DNA of 64,000 nt from contig JBCBZT010000020.1 of assembly GCA_039815185.1 (NCBI GenBank), forward strand, positions 1 to 64,000. The letters run 5' to 3'. Made by a program: the position numbers and the translations under genes. The first letter of the stretch is position 1, and every line of letters starts with the position of its first letter. Of this stretch, positions 50,376-59,600 are shown one piece after another. Under the pieces are notes generated by a model. The model was not told the DNA's origin, did not search any database, and worked only from the letters and a program-made list of their open reading frames with translations. The DNA comes from Cyanobacteria bacterium P01_A01_bin.123. GTDB lineage: Bacteria > Cyanobacteriota > Cyanobacteriia > Phormidesmidales > Phormidesmidaceae.

Positions 50376-53300
50376 AATCGTCACAGAGAAACACTATCAT
50401 CAGGGCCAGCCTATTGGGGGCGATCGCAGGCACCGTTGGCATCACAGCAAATCCTGCAACTGCATTAGCAGCAACCCAATCTATCAGCCCTAAAGCCCAA
50501 GCAGCCAACATTGCAGAATTGTCGCAAGCCGAGGCAACCTCATCTGAACTTTCCTCACGCGATCGCGAGATTGAAGTTGCTCAAATAGAGACCACAGCCG
50601 CTAGTGCACCTTCCTCAGACTCAACCAGTAGTCTTGAGGTTATTCCAGAGACATTTGCTACACAAGCAGCAGATACGCCAATCGCAGCAGACTTATTACC
50701 GTCTCCAGGAGCAGAACTCACCACTGAGATCGGGACTGAGGTTGCTGATATTGCAGACAATGAGCCGACCGCGATCGCCGATGGTGCCAGCCAGCTAGAC
50801 GGTCTTCAAGAGGCTGAAATGGAGGCGGTAGAAGCACTCACCTCGGAAGAATCAGCAGAGGACACTACCACCGTATCTGATGCAGAAGAATTAGCGGAGA
50901 CTGAGATTCAACCCCTAGATCATCAGGCATTAGCCAATCAGGTTCGGATTCTAAATCCTGTCGGCAACGCCGTTCTAGATGTGCCAGCCACCACTGTGAT
51001 TCTGGAATATCCGACTGGCGCTGATGTTGAATTGCAGGTCAATGGCACACGGGTTGACGCATCTTTGCTCGGTCGGACAGAGGTTGACGAAACCCGTAGC
51101 GTCACCGTCGAAACTTGGTATGGGGTACCGCTACAGGCAGGCACGAACAACATTGATGCGGCCATTCGAGGGACTAACACTCCCCTAACGACGATAGAGA
51201 TTCAGGTGCGTGGGGTACCGACTCAGCTTACGGTTGAAACTCGGGAAGCCCAAGTCGCTGCCGATGGTCGCTCAACAGCCACCATTCAAGGTCAACTGCT
51301 AGATGAGAACGGTAACCTTTCCAACTGGAATACAACCGTTACGTTGACGGCCACCGACGGAGAATTTGTGGGGGCAGACCTGTACCCTGATCAAGCTGGG
51401 TTTCAAGTTGAAGCTCGTAATGGTCGCTATACCACCGAACTGCGATCGCCGTTGGAAGCCCAACGGGTGCAGCTTAGGGCAACCGCAAATGGGCTAGAAG
51501 CATTTAATCAAATTCAGTTTGAAACCCAACAGCGTCCTAGCTTGGTGACTGGCGTCATCGACCTCCACTTTGGGACACGGGGCACTGACTATTACAGCAG
51601 CTTCCGAGACTTCTTACCCCCCGATGGCAACAACGGCTACGAGTTCGATGTAGACGCCGCTGTTTTTGCCATCGGGAACTTAGGAGACTGGCTGTTCACG
51701 GGGGCTTACAACAGCGATCGCTCACTGAATGAAGACTGTACCGGCAGTATTGAACTGTTTCGTGACACGCAGCGATGCGAACACAACTATCCGGTCTACG
51801 GCGATGATTCTAGCCGTGACGTTTTAGCACCTTCCATTGACAGCCTTTACCTGAGATTTGAGCGCACTTCGCCAGTGGCAGGGGCTGGAATTGACTACTT
51901 TTCGTGGGGGGATTTCAACACCGAAGAGTTTGCCACCTCATCCCAACTATTTAGCGCCACAACCCGTCAACTCCATGGCTTTAAATTTAACTACAACATT
52001 GGTGATTTAGCCGTAACCGGCTTCTATGGCGACAACGTAGACGGGTTTCAACGAGACACGATTGCGCCGGATGGCACTAGCGGCTTCTATTTCCTCTCTC
52101 GCCGTTTGCTCGTGCCCGGGAGTGAAAATATCTTCCTAGAACTAGAAGAATTGGATCGCCCTGGTACGGTCGTCGAACGTCAGGCGCTCTATCGCGGCAC
52201 CGACTACGAAATTGACTATGACCGGGGTACAATTCTGTTCCGCGATGCGGTTTTACGCACGGCTGTAGACGAGACCGGGACTGTCCTAGTGCGCCGGATT
52301 GTGGCGACCTACCAGTTTGAAGGAGACGGCACTAACACCAATATTTATGCAGGCCGCCTGCAGTACAACCTAGATCGCACTTTGAACCACGAGAGCTGGC
52401 TGGGCGCGACCTATCTCAGAGAGAACCAAGGCAACCGGAGCTTTGAACTGTATGGCGCAGACGCTCAAATTTCCTTGGGTGAAGATGCTCAGCTGATTGC
52501 AGAATTTGCCCATTCAGATAGTGATTTTGATTTGTCTGGCCCAATCAGCGGTTCAGCCTATCGGCTTGAACTTGAGGGCACGGTAACCAACTGGTTGGCT
52601 GGGCGAGCTTATTTTCGCCATACTGACGCAGGCTTTACCAACACTGCCACAACTAGCTTTGTACCGGGGCAAACCCGCTATGGCATTGAGGCAGTTGCTG
52701 CTGTCTCTGAGACAACCAACATCCGCGCCCGGTATGACCACGAAGAGAATGTCGGTACCGCACCGCGCCCGCTCTTGACCCTAAGTGAGCTGCTTGAGAC
52801 TGGCGTTTCTGCCACCCCTGGTAGCCGAGTTGATAACTCGCTAGACACCTTTTCACTGGGTATTGTTCAGCAACTTGGTGATACCAATCTAGAGTTCGAC
52901 TGGATTCACCGAGAACGCACCGATCGGATTTCTCCCAATGCTTTATCGTCGAGTTCTGATCAGCTGCGATCGCGCTTAACCACTAACTTGAGCGAAGACA
53001 TTACCCTCTTTGCCCAAAATGAGCTGAATCTGTCTTCTAATGGAGACTCAATCTATCCCAACCGCACCATCTTTGGCCTAGATTGGCAACTGATGCCCGG
53101 TATTACGCTCGGGGTCAATCAGATTTTCCTCGAAAACAACGGCATCAATGATCGCGGCGCAGTTACCACCATCGATTTGGATGCTGCCTATGCCCTAGGT
53201 GAAGACACCACCATTCGGGGTCGCTTCTCAGTTATCGATGGCACTCAAGTGGGGGGAACGGTTGGGCTAGAACAGGGCTTTACGTTGGCCCCCGGCCTGC

Positions 53301-54247
53301 GGCTTGATTTGGCTTACGAGCATGTATTTAACAACATCTCCAGTATCACTGCTGCCGGAACGCAATTTGTGCAGCCCTTTGCGGTGGGATCGGGGGCATC
53401 TTCGCTGCTGCTCACCGATGGTGACAGTTTCAGCGTCGGACTTTCTTACACTGATAATCCTGATTTGCAAGCGAGTGCCCGCCTAGAGCACCGTTCTTCC
53501 TCCCAAGGGTCTAACACAGTTTTCACAGCATCTGCCCTGGGTCGATTGTCGCCAGCAGTCAGCGTCTTATTCAACTATGAACTGGCCAGTGCTGCCAATC
53601 AATCCCTAGATGGACTGGGAACCTCTAGCACGCTGAAGCTGGGCCTTGCCTACCGAGATCCCCATAGCGATCAGTTCAATGCCCTGCTGCGTTATGAATA
53701 CCGGGGTAATCCTTCTGCTACGCCCGAGACCTTACTCTTTGGGTCTGACATCGGCTCGGAAGAACACCTCTTTACTGCTGAGGCAATTTATGCACCGAAT
53801 TGGCGCTGGGAGTTTTATGGCAAGTATGCCTTCCGCACCAGCACAACCCGCATTGGTGGCATTGGCAGCAGTGAAACGGGTGGGTTTGATGACTTTGTAT
53901 CTAACAGTGCGGTTCATCTAGCCCAGTTTAGAACCACTTATCGATTGGGATACGACTGGGATGTCGTTGGTGAAGCCCGCTGGATTGGCAGCTCTGCCGG
54001 ATATACCGAAATGGGTGCGGCCCTCGAGTTGGGCTACTATCCGACACCTGACCTGCGGTTGTCGGCGGGTTACAGCTTTGGTAGCGCCTATGACCGGGAT
54101 TTCACTGGGAGCAATCGCTCCGCTGGGGGATTTTATTTCGGCATTACTGCCAAGCTCAACAGTTTATTTGGTGGCTTTGGTCTGCAAGAGGTGGCCCCCC
54201 CTCAGCAGCAAGAGTCTGTGCTAGAAACCACTGCGACAAACAATTAA
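50372..54247 (+). CDS. Large putative outer-membrane beta-barrel protein with N-terminal Ig-like domains; candidate usher
   Basis: Signal peptide, acidic linker, Big_1-like ADGRSTATI, ~850 aa of amphipathic beta-strands ending GFYFGITAKL; ATGA overlap with the upstream gene. Confidence 0.75.
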   Translation: MKSSQRNTIIRASLLGAIAGTVGITANPATALAATQSISPKAQAANIAELSQAEATSSELSSRDREIEVAQIETTAASAPSSDSTSSLEVIPETFATQAADTPIAADLLPSPGAELTTEIGTEVADIADNEPTAIADGASQLDGLQEAEMEAVEALTSEESAEDTTTVSDAEELAETEIQPLDHQALANQVRILNPVGNAVLDVPATTVILEYPTGADVELQVNGTRVDASLLGRTEVDETRSVTVETWYGVPLQAGTNNIDAAIRGTNTPLTTIEIQVRGVPTQLTVETREAQVAADGRSTATIQGQLLDENGNLSNWNTTVTLTATDGEFVGADLYPDQAGFQVEARNGRYTTELRSPLEAQRVQLRATANGLEAFNQIQFETQQRPSLVTGVIDLHFGTRGTDYYSSFRDFLPPDGNNGYEFDVDAAVFAIGNLGDWLFTGAYNSDRSLNEDCTGSIELFRDTQRCEHNYPVYGDDSSRDVLAPSIDSLYLRFERTSPVAGAGIDYFSWGDFNTEEFATSSQLFSATTRQLHGFKFNYNIGDLAVTGFYGDNVDGFQRDTIAPDGTSGFYFLSRRLLVPGSENIFLELEELDRPGTVVERQALYRGTDYEIDYDRGTILFRDAVLRTAVDETGTVLVRRIVATYQFEGDGTNTNIYAGRLQYNLDRTLNHESWLGATYLRENQGNRSFELYGADAQISLGEDAQLIAEFAHSDSDFDLSGPISGSAYRLELEGTVTNWLAGRAYFRHTDAGFTNTATTSFVPGQTRYGIEAVAAVSETTNIRARYDHEENVGTAPRPLLTLSELLETGVSATPGSRVDNSLDTFSLGIVQQLGDTNLEFDWIHRERTDRISPNALSSSSDQLRSRLTTNLSEDITLFAQNELNLSSNGDSIYPNRTIFGLDWQLMPGITLGVNQIFLENNGINDRGAVTTIDLDAAYALGEDTTIRGRFSVIDGTQVGGTVGLEQGFTLAPGLRLDLAYEHVFNNISSITAAGTQFVQPFAVGSGASSLLLTDGDSFSVGLSYTDNPDLQASARLEHRSSSQGSNTVFTASALGRLSPAVSVLFNYELASAANQSLDGLGTSSTLKLGLAYRDPHSDQFNALLRYEYRGNPSATPETLLFGSDIGSEEHLFTAEAIYAPNWRWEFYGKYAFRTSTTRIGGIGSSETGGFDDFVSNSAVHLAQFRTTYRLGYDWDVVGEARWIGSSAGYTEMGAALELGYYPTPDLRLSAGYSFGSAYDRDFTGSNRSAGGFYFGITAKLNSLFGGFGLQEVAPPQQQESVLETTATNN

Positions 54248-54278
54248 GCGAATTCGCTGGAGATAAGGAGCAAGACTG

Positions 54279-56426
54279 ATGATGCATCCCCTAAGCACTC
54301 GACGCTATCAGCTATTGATGGCTTGCGGTCTAGCCGCAACAACACTCGTCTCTCAAGTCGCAGTCTGGGCGCAGGCCACCCCGGCTCACGTGACTACACC
54401 ACCACCTGATCTCCACATCGTCGTCAATAGTAGTCAAGACGGCCCGATCCAGGCTGACGAGATGTTGACCTTGCGAGAAGCCATTGAACTGACTAATGGC
54501 ACCTTGCCATTGGCTTCTCTAAGTGATGTTGAACACGCTCAAGTCACTGTAGTTGAACCTGCTGAATCAGCATCGCGCATTGAGTTTAATCTCCCGGCGA
54601 ATCAAACAAAGATTCAATTGGTAACGCCGCTACCCGCAATCGCAAGCCCTGATCTAACCCTAGATGGCACTACCCAACCCGGTTATGACCCAGCCCTATC
54701 GGCAACGGCTGAAATCGAAGTGCCAATCCCAGTTGTCGAAATTACGCCAGCTCCAGAGGCTGAAGTGTTTCGGGGGTTGAGTATTGTTGCCAGTGGCGTA
54801 ACAGTACGAGGCTTGAGCCTTTATGGTTTTACCGCAGAACACCGAGCTACGGCGATTACACCACCCGCAGATATCTTTATTGCCCATCGTTTGCCACCCC
54901 CAGATACCAGCCAACAATATCCACCCGCCCAAGGGTTTTCCTATTACGACGAAAACATTCCGCCTGAGGATGTACTGATTGAACACAATTGGTTGGGGAT
55001 GCCACCGACAGAAGCCATGCCTGAGACACCTTCAGCGTTTGGGGTTTCTGTATTCAACAGCCAAGGCACAACGGTTCGTCGGAATCGCATTGCTCACCAT
55101 GACGGCAGTGCGATCATTACCGGGGCTCGGGCTGAAAATCTGAAGGTTGAAGAAAACATCTTAGTCGCCAATGGCCTAGCGGGCATGCCCGATGGCATCC
55201 GCATTGAGGGCAGCGTTGATAACAGCGTCATCAGTGGCAATCTGGTCTGCGGTAACGACGGTGCAGGGATCTTTCTGTTTAAGCCCGAAGGGGCGATTGA
55301 AATTCGCGACAACACCATCAAGTTTAATGGTCAGCGCCTGCGTCGCGCTGCGATTTACCTAATGGGCAATGGCCATCGAGTTGTCGACAACGAAATTAAT
55401 AATCAAAAAGGGCCGGGGGTGGTTGTCACCGCGTTTGGCATTGGCAGCCGCAACCCCAGCCATCGCAACTTGATTCAAAACAATGTGTTTGCCAGCCTGG
55501 AAGGCTTGAGTATTGACCTCAATACCCGCCGTCACAATGGGGTGCAAGATTTCCAGCGGGGCGATGGCCCGAATCCAGTGCGCAATTCTGACAATCGGCG
55601 GTTGGATACTGGCAATTTAGCGATTAATGCACCTCAGTTCCTGAGTCCTGAGTTCTTTGTCATGAATGGCAAAGTGATGATCGAAGGCATGGCTGATCCA
55701 GGGTCTGAGGTTGAGCTTTACCTCAGCCATGCGGCTGATTCAGCCCATGGGCCTTTGAGTCAGCCTTTGGCGACTGTTGCGGTGGATCAAGCGGGGCACT
55801 TCACATACGAATCCGCTGAACTGCCATCAGGAACCATAGTCAGCGCGATCGCATCTGATCCTCGCTATGGCACTTCAGAGCCAGCGTTAAATACCGTGGT
55901 GCGATCGCTGTCTGCTACAGATGACAACTCAGCTGCATCTAGCAATCTGGATTTTGAAGTCCCCCAGTGTACAACCCGGCCTGAGCCCCCCGAACCTGTC
56001 GTCGTGGCCCCACCCCCGCCAGAACCAATTCAACTGCAAGTGCCTCGAAACGTTCACTTTGGCCTGGATCGCGACAACATCAGTGCTGAAAGCGCGGCTG
56101 TTTTAGATCAAATTGCAGCAGCAATGCAAATCCATCCCACCTTGGTGGTGGATCTGCACGGCCACACCGACTCTCGGGCCAGTGATGCCTACAACCAAGA
56201 ATTAGCCTTGCGTCGGGCGCGCAATGCTAGAGCGTATCTGATTCAGCAAGGCATTGATCCGGCCCGGACGACAATTCGCTCGTTGGGTGAAACTCAGCTT
56301 TTAACTTCAGAGCGCGATCGCGTCGAGTATGCCCGCAACCGCCGAGTCGAATTTGTGTTTCGCGATGTCCGAGGGCTTAACATCACCTTCGTTGATCAAG
56401 ACACCGACTTACAGATCGAACCTTGA
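54279..56426 (+). CDS. Beta-helix + OmpA C-terminal domain protein
   Basis: Signal peptide, LTLREAI, N/G-rich parallel beta-helix repeats, Pro-rich linker, HF..GHTDSRASDAYNQELALRRA..GE..NRRVEF. Confidence 0.9.
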   Translation: MMHPLSTRRYQLLMACGLAATTLVSQVAVWAQATPAHVTTPPPDLHIVVNSSQDGPIQADEMLTLREAIELTNGTLPLASLSDVEHAQVTVVEPAESASRIEFNLPANQTKIQLVTPLPAIASPDLTLDGTTQPGYDPALSATAEIEVPIPVVEITPAPEAEVFRGLSIVASGVTVRGLSLYGFTAEHRATAITPPADIFIAHRLPPPDTSQQYPPAQGFSYYDENIPPEDVLIEHNWLGMPPTEAMPETPSAFGVSVFNSQGTTVRRNRIAHHDGSAIITGARAENLKVEENILVANGLAGMPDGIRIEGSVDNSVISGNLVCGNDGAGIFLFKPEGAIEIRDNTIKFNGQRLRRAAIYLMGNGHRVVDNEINNQKGPGVVVTAFGIGSRNPSHRNLIQNNVFASLEGLSIDLNTRRHNGVQDFQRGDGPNPVRNSDNRRLDTGNLAINAPQFLSPEFFVMNGKVMIEGMADPGSEVELYLSHAADSAHGPLSQPLATVAVDQAGHFTYESAELPSGTIVSAIASDPRYGTSEPALNTVVRSLSATDDNSAASSNLDFEVPQCTTRPEPPEPVVVAPPPPEPIQLQVPRNVHFGLDRDNISAESAAVLDQIAAAMQIHPTLVVDLHGHTDSRASDAYNQELALRRARNARAYLIQQGIDPARTTIRSLGETQLLTSERDRVEYARNRRVEFVFRDVRGLNITFVDQDTDLQIEP

Positions 56427-56621
56427 TCATGCCTACGAAAAATTACTGACGTATTACCAGTGTTGCAATTAACCCAGCTTGAAGCTCCCAGAATTTACTG
56501 AGTCTTTGATCCCAACATAACGGGATTGCTAAAGAGGGAGCTTCCCGGTGCTGAGCCTTTATGCCTTACCTGCTCTGCTAATCCATTCTCCAAATCATTG
56601 CCTGCCAATAAGGGTCTTACT

Positions 56622-59600
56622 ATGAGTCTTCTACCCAGATATCTGTCACTGTTTGCGCGCGCTGCTAAAAATCGCCCCAGTGCGTTACTAGCCGCTGCAA
56701 CGATATTAACCACGACGCTGGGCTTTGTGACTCCCGCCAGGGCTGACTCCACGCTTAACGTCATCAAAACAGCGCTGGATCTGAATGGGGCAGATATTAC
56801 CGATGTTGAGTCAGGTCAGGATTTTCTGTTTGAAATTAAGTGGTCTTGTAGTTTAGACGATATCAACGTTGATATATGTGAAGACGTCCAAATCTCAGAC
56901 GTGATTCCCACCGAGCTGGAATATGTCGGTTTAGAAGAGGGAGAAGGGGCCAGAGCCAACTACAACAGCGGCACAAGAACATTCACCTACGATCTCGGCA
57001 CGATTCAGGGAGACTCGGCAGCGGGTTCAATTGCTATTAGAGTTCGCTTCCCAGAAGGAGTTACTGCCGACAACGTAACCGCCAACAACACGGCTGTTAT
57101 TGAATCCGCCACTGCAAATCCGCCAGGACAAAAGTCCAGCAGTGACGATATCACCAGTGATGTCAGCAACCCAGCAGGTAAGTGGAATGTCACTAAAAAC
57201 AAGTTGTTACCTTCCGGTGATCCCATCTTGGATGGAGATGTTACCTATGAAGTCAGCCTTGCGCCAACCCAACGTACGGGTAACCTGAATCTAGAAAACG
57301 TCGTCATGACGGACACCCCAGAGGTTGGGGCAGAAGTTGTCTCTGTGAGCAATGGCGGCGTCTTTAATGATGGCGACGGCGATGGCATCGTGGATCCGGG
57401 AGACACCATTACCTGGAACGTCGGCGATCGCACTGTAGGGCAAGAAACCTACCGAGCTCAGGTCGTATTAAGTTATCCAGCGGCCACCTTCAACTCGAGT
57501 GGTGCAGCCCCCGATACACTACCAGATGTGACAAACTCGGTCACCGGAGCCGGTACCTTTGAAGTGACTAGCGATGCCTTTAGCGACGATGGGGAAGTTA
57601 GCCACGGGTTCGTCGATCCAGATCCTGGCTTAGCCAACTTTCAAAAACGCAACCAAGGCTTTGTCTACGGCAGCCGTCCTGATATTGGCACCGAATTCTA
57701 CTACGACTATAGAATTCAAAACACGGGTAACGTTGCCTTCGATACCCTCACCGTCTTTGATGACAATTTGCCGCCAGAGGTAGATGCTCTACGCTTCCGC
57801 ACGGGTAGATACAGTAACGACGCCGGAGCGACGTTTACACTGCAATACAGTACCGACAACGTCAACTTCCAAAATGTGCCTGGGGTGGTTGATTTGGTTG
57901 TTGCCGACACTGAGCAGCAAAACTTTACCTTGCCAACAGGGACACGTGGCATTCGCATTATTTACGAAAATGCGCCTGTGGGCTTTAACGCCAATACTCG
58001 CCCCAGACTCTATGTCGAAGTGCGCACAACCATGGAAGATACAGGGGCGACGATTCAAGACGGAGAAGACATTGATAACACCGCCACCTTAACAGGTGTC
58101 TTTAATGGTAATGACTACACCGATGACGATGATGTGGAAACCTTTGTCGATCGCCCCCGTGCCGTAGGCATCATTAGCAAAGAGGATTTAACCAATAGCG
58201 GCCCTTACGCGCCGTCTGAGCTAGTTGAGTTTCGGTTGACTGCGGGCAACCGTCGCAATGCCCGCAGAACTCTGGAAAATCCGGTCGTGGTCGATATTCT
58301 GCCCGATGGCCTAGCCTATGTGGCAAATTCCTATGTGTTTGATGCTGGCGATAGTGGCCTGTCAGCACCGTCTAATTTCGAAGTCATTGAAAACTACAAC
58401 GGTAGTGGCCAAACCCTCTTACGCTGGACTTGGGAAGGTCAAGCTGCGGATTATGACGATGGGTCCGACGGTAACGCTTTTAATGACGACAAGACCTGGA
58501 CGATTACCTATAAAGCCGGGATTGAAGAAGGTGATATCCAGGGCAGCATCACCAATACGGTTTACCTCAGTACCTACGACACAAGTACCGACCCGGCAGA
58601 TTTTGTTTGCCATAGCAGGGGTGACAACGATATTGGTGATAGCGACGACATTGATGGCGACGGCAAGACCGGGGACGACAATGTTTACAACAGCAACTCA
58701 TCCACAACTAACGATAATCCCCTCTGCCGTGCCACCGCAGATGTAACCGTTACCACGCTGCCCTTCCTCGAAGCACGTAAACGGGTACAGGGTGGATTAA
58801 ACAACAGCTACGAGATCAGTGGTCAGAGCTATCCCGGTGGTGCAGTCGATTATCAAATCACCGTTACCAACACCGGTACTACGCCCATTGAAGACTTGGT
58901 CGTCGTCGATATCTTCCCCAATATTGACGACACCAGTGTGCTCAATACCAACGTGCCGAGGAATTCTGAGTGGCGACCTTATTTGGTTGGCCCCATCGAA
59001 GTCCAAGTCCCCACGGCTCAGGTTTACTATAGTGTGTCGTCAAATCCATGCCGTCTGAATCCATTAGACGGTACTGATCAGCTTTGGCCACCCGGTTGCG
59101 TTGATGACTGGACAACCACCTTCCCCAATGACCCTACTACGGTCACAGCGGTCAAGATTGACTACGGCAGCTTCAGGCTCAATCCATTGACCTCGCTGAC
59201 AAACGATTGGCCCATGCGGGTGCCGGTCGTTGCCCCTACCAATGAATCAGCCTTTAATTCCTTTGCCCTCACCGGACGACGCATCGATCGCACCTCTCCC
59301 CTACTACCCCAAGAACCGCCTCGGGTAGAGGTCGACTTACAAACCGACGATCCACCGGTTTTGGGTGATTTTGTCTGGAACGATGCTAATAACAACGGCG
59401 TTCAAGACGATGGTGAGAATGGTATCAATGGGGTAGTAGTCGAGCTTTACCGCCCCGGTGCTGATGGCATTCCGGGGACGCCAGACGACGAGTTCGTCGA
59501 CTTCACCATGACCGGGCCAAACCACTTTGGTTTCCCTGGCTTTTATGAGTTTGCCTATCTCGATCCAGGTGACTACTTTCTGAAATTCATTCCGCCCACG

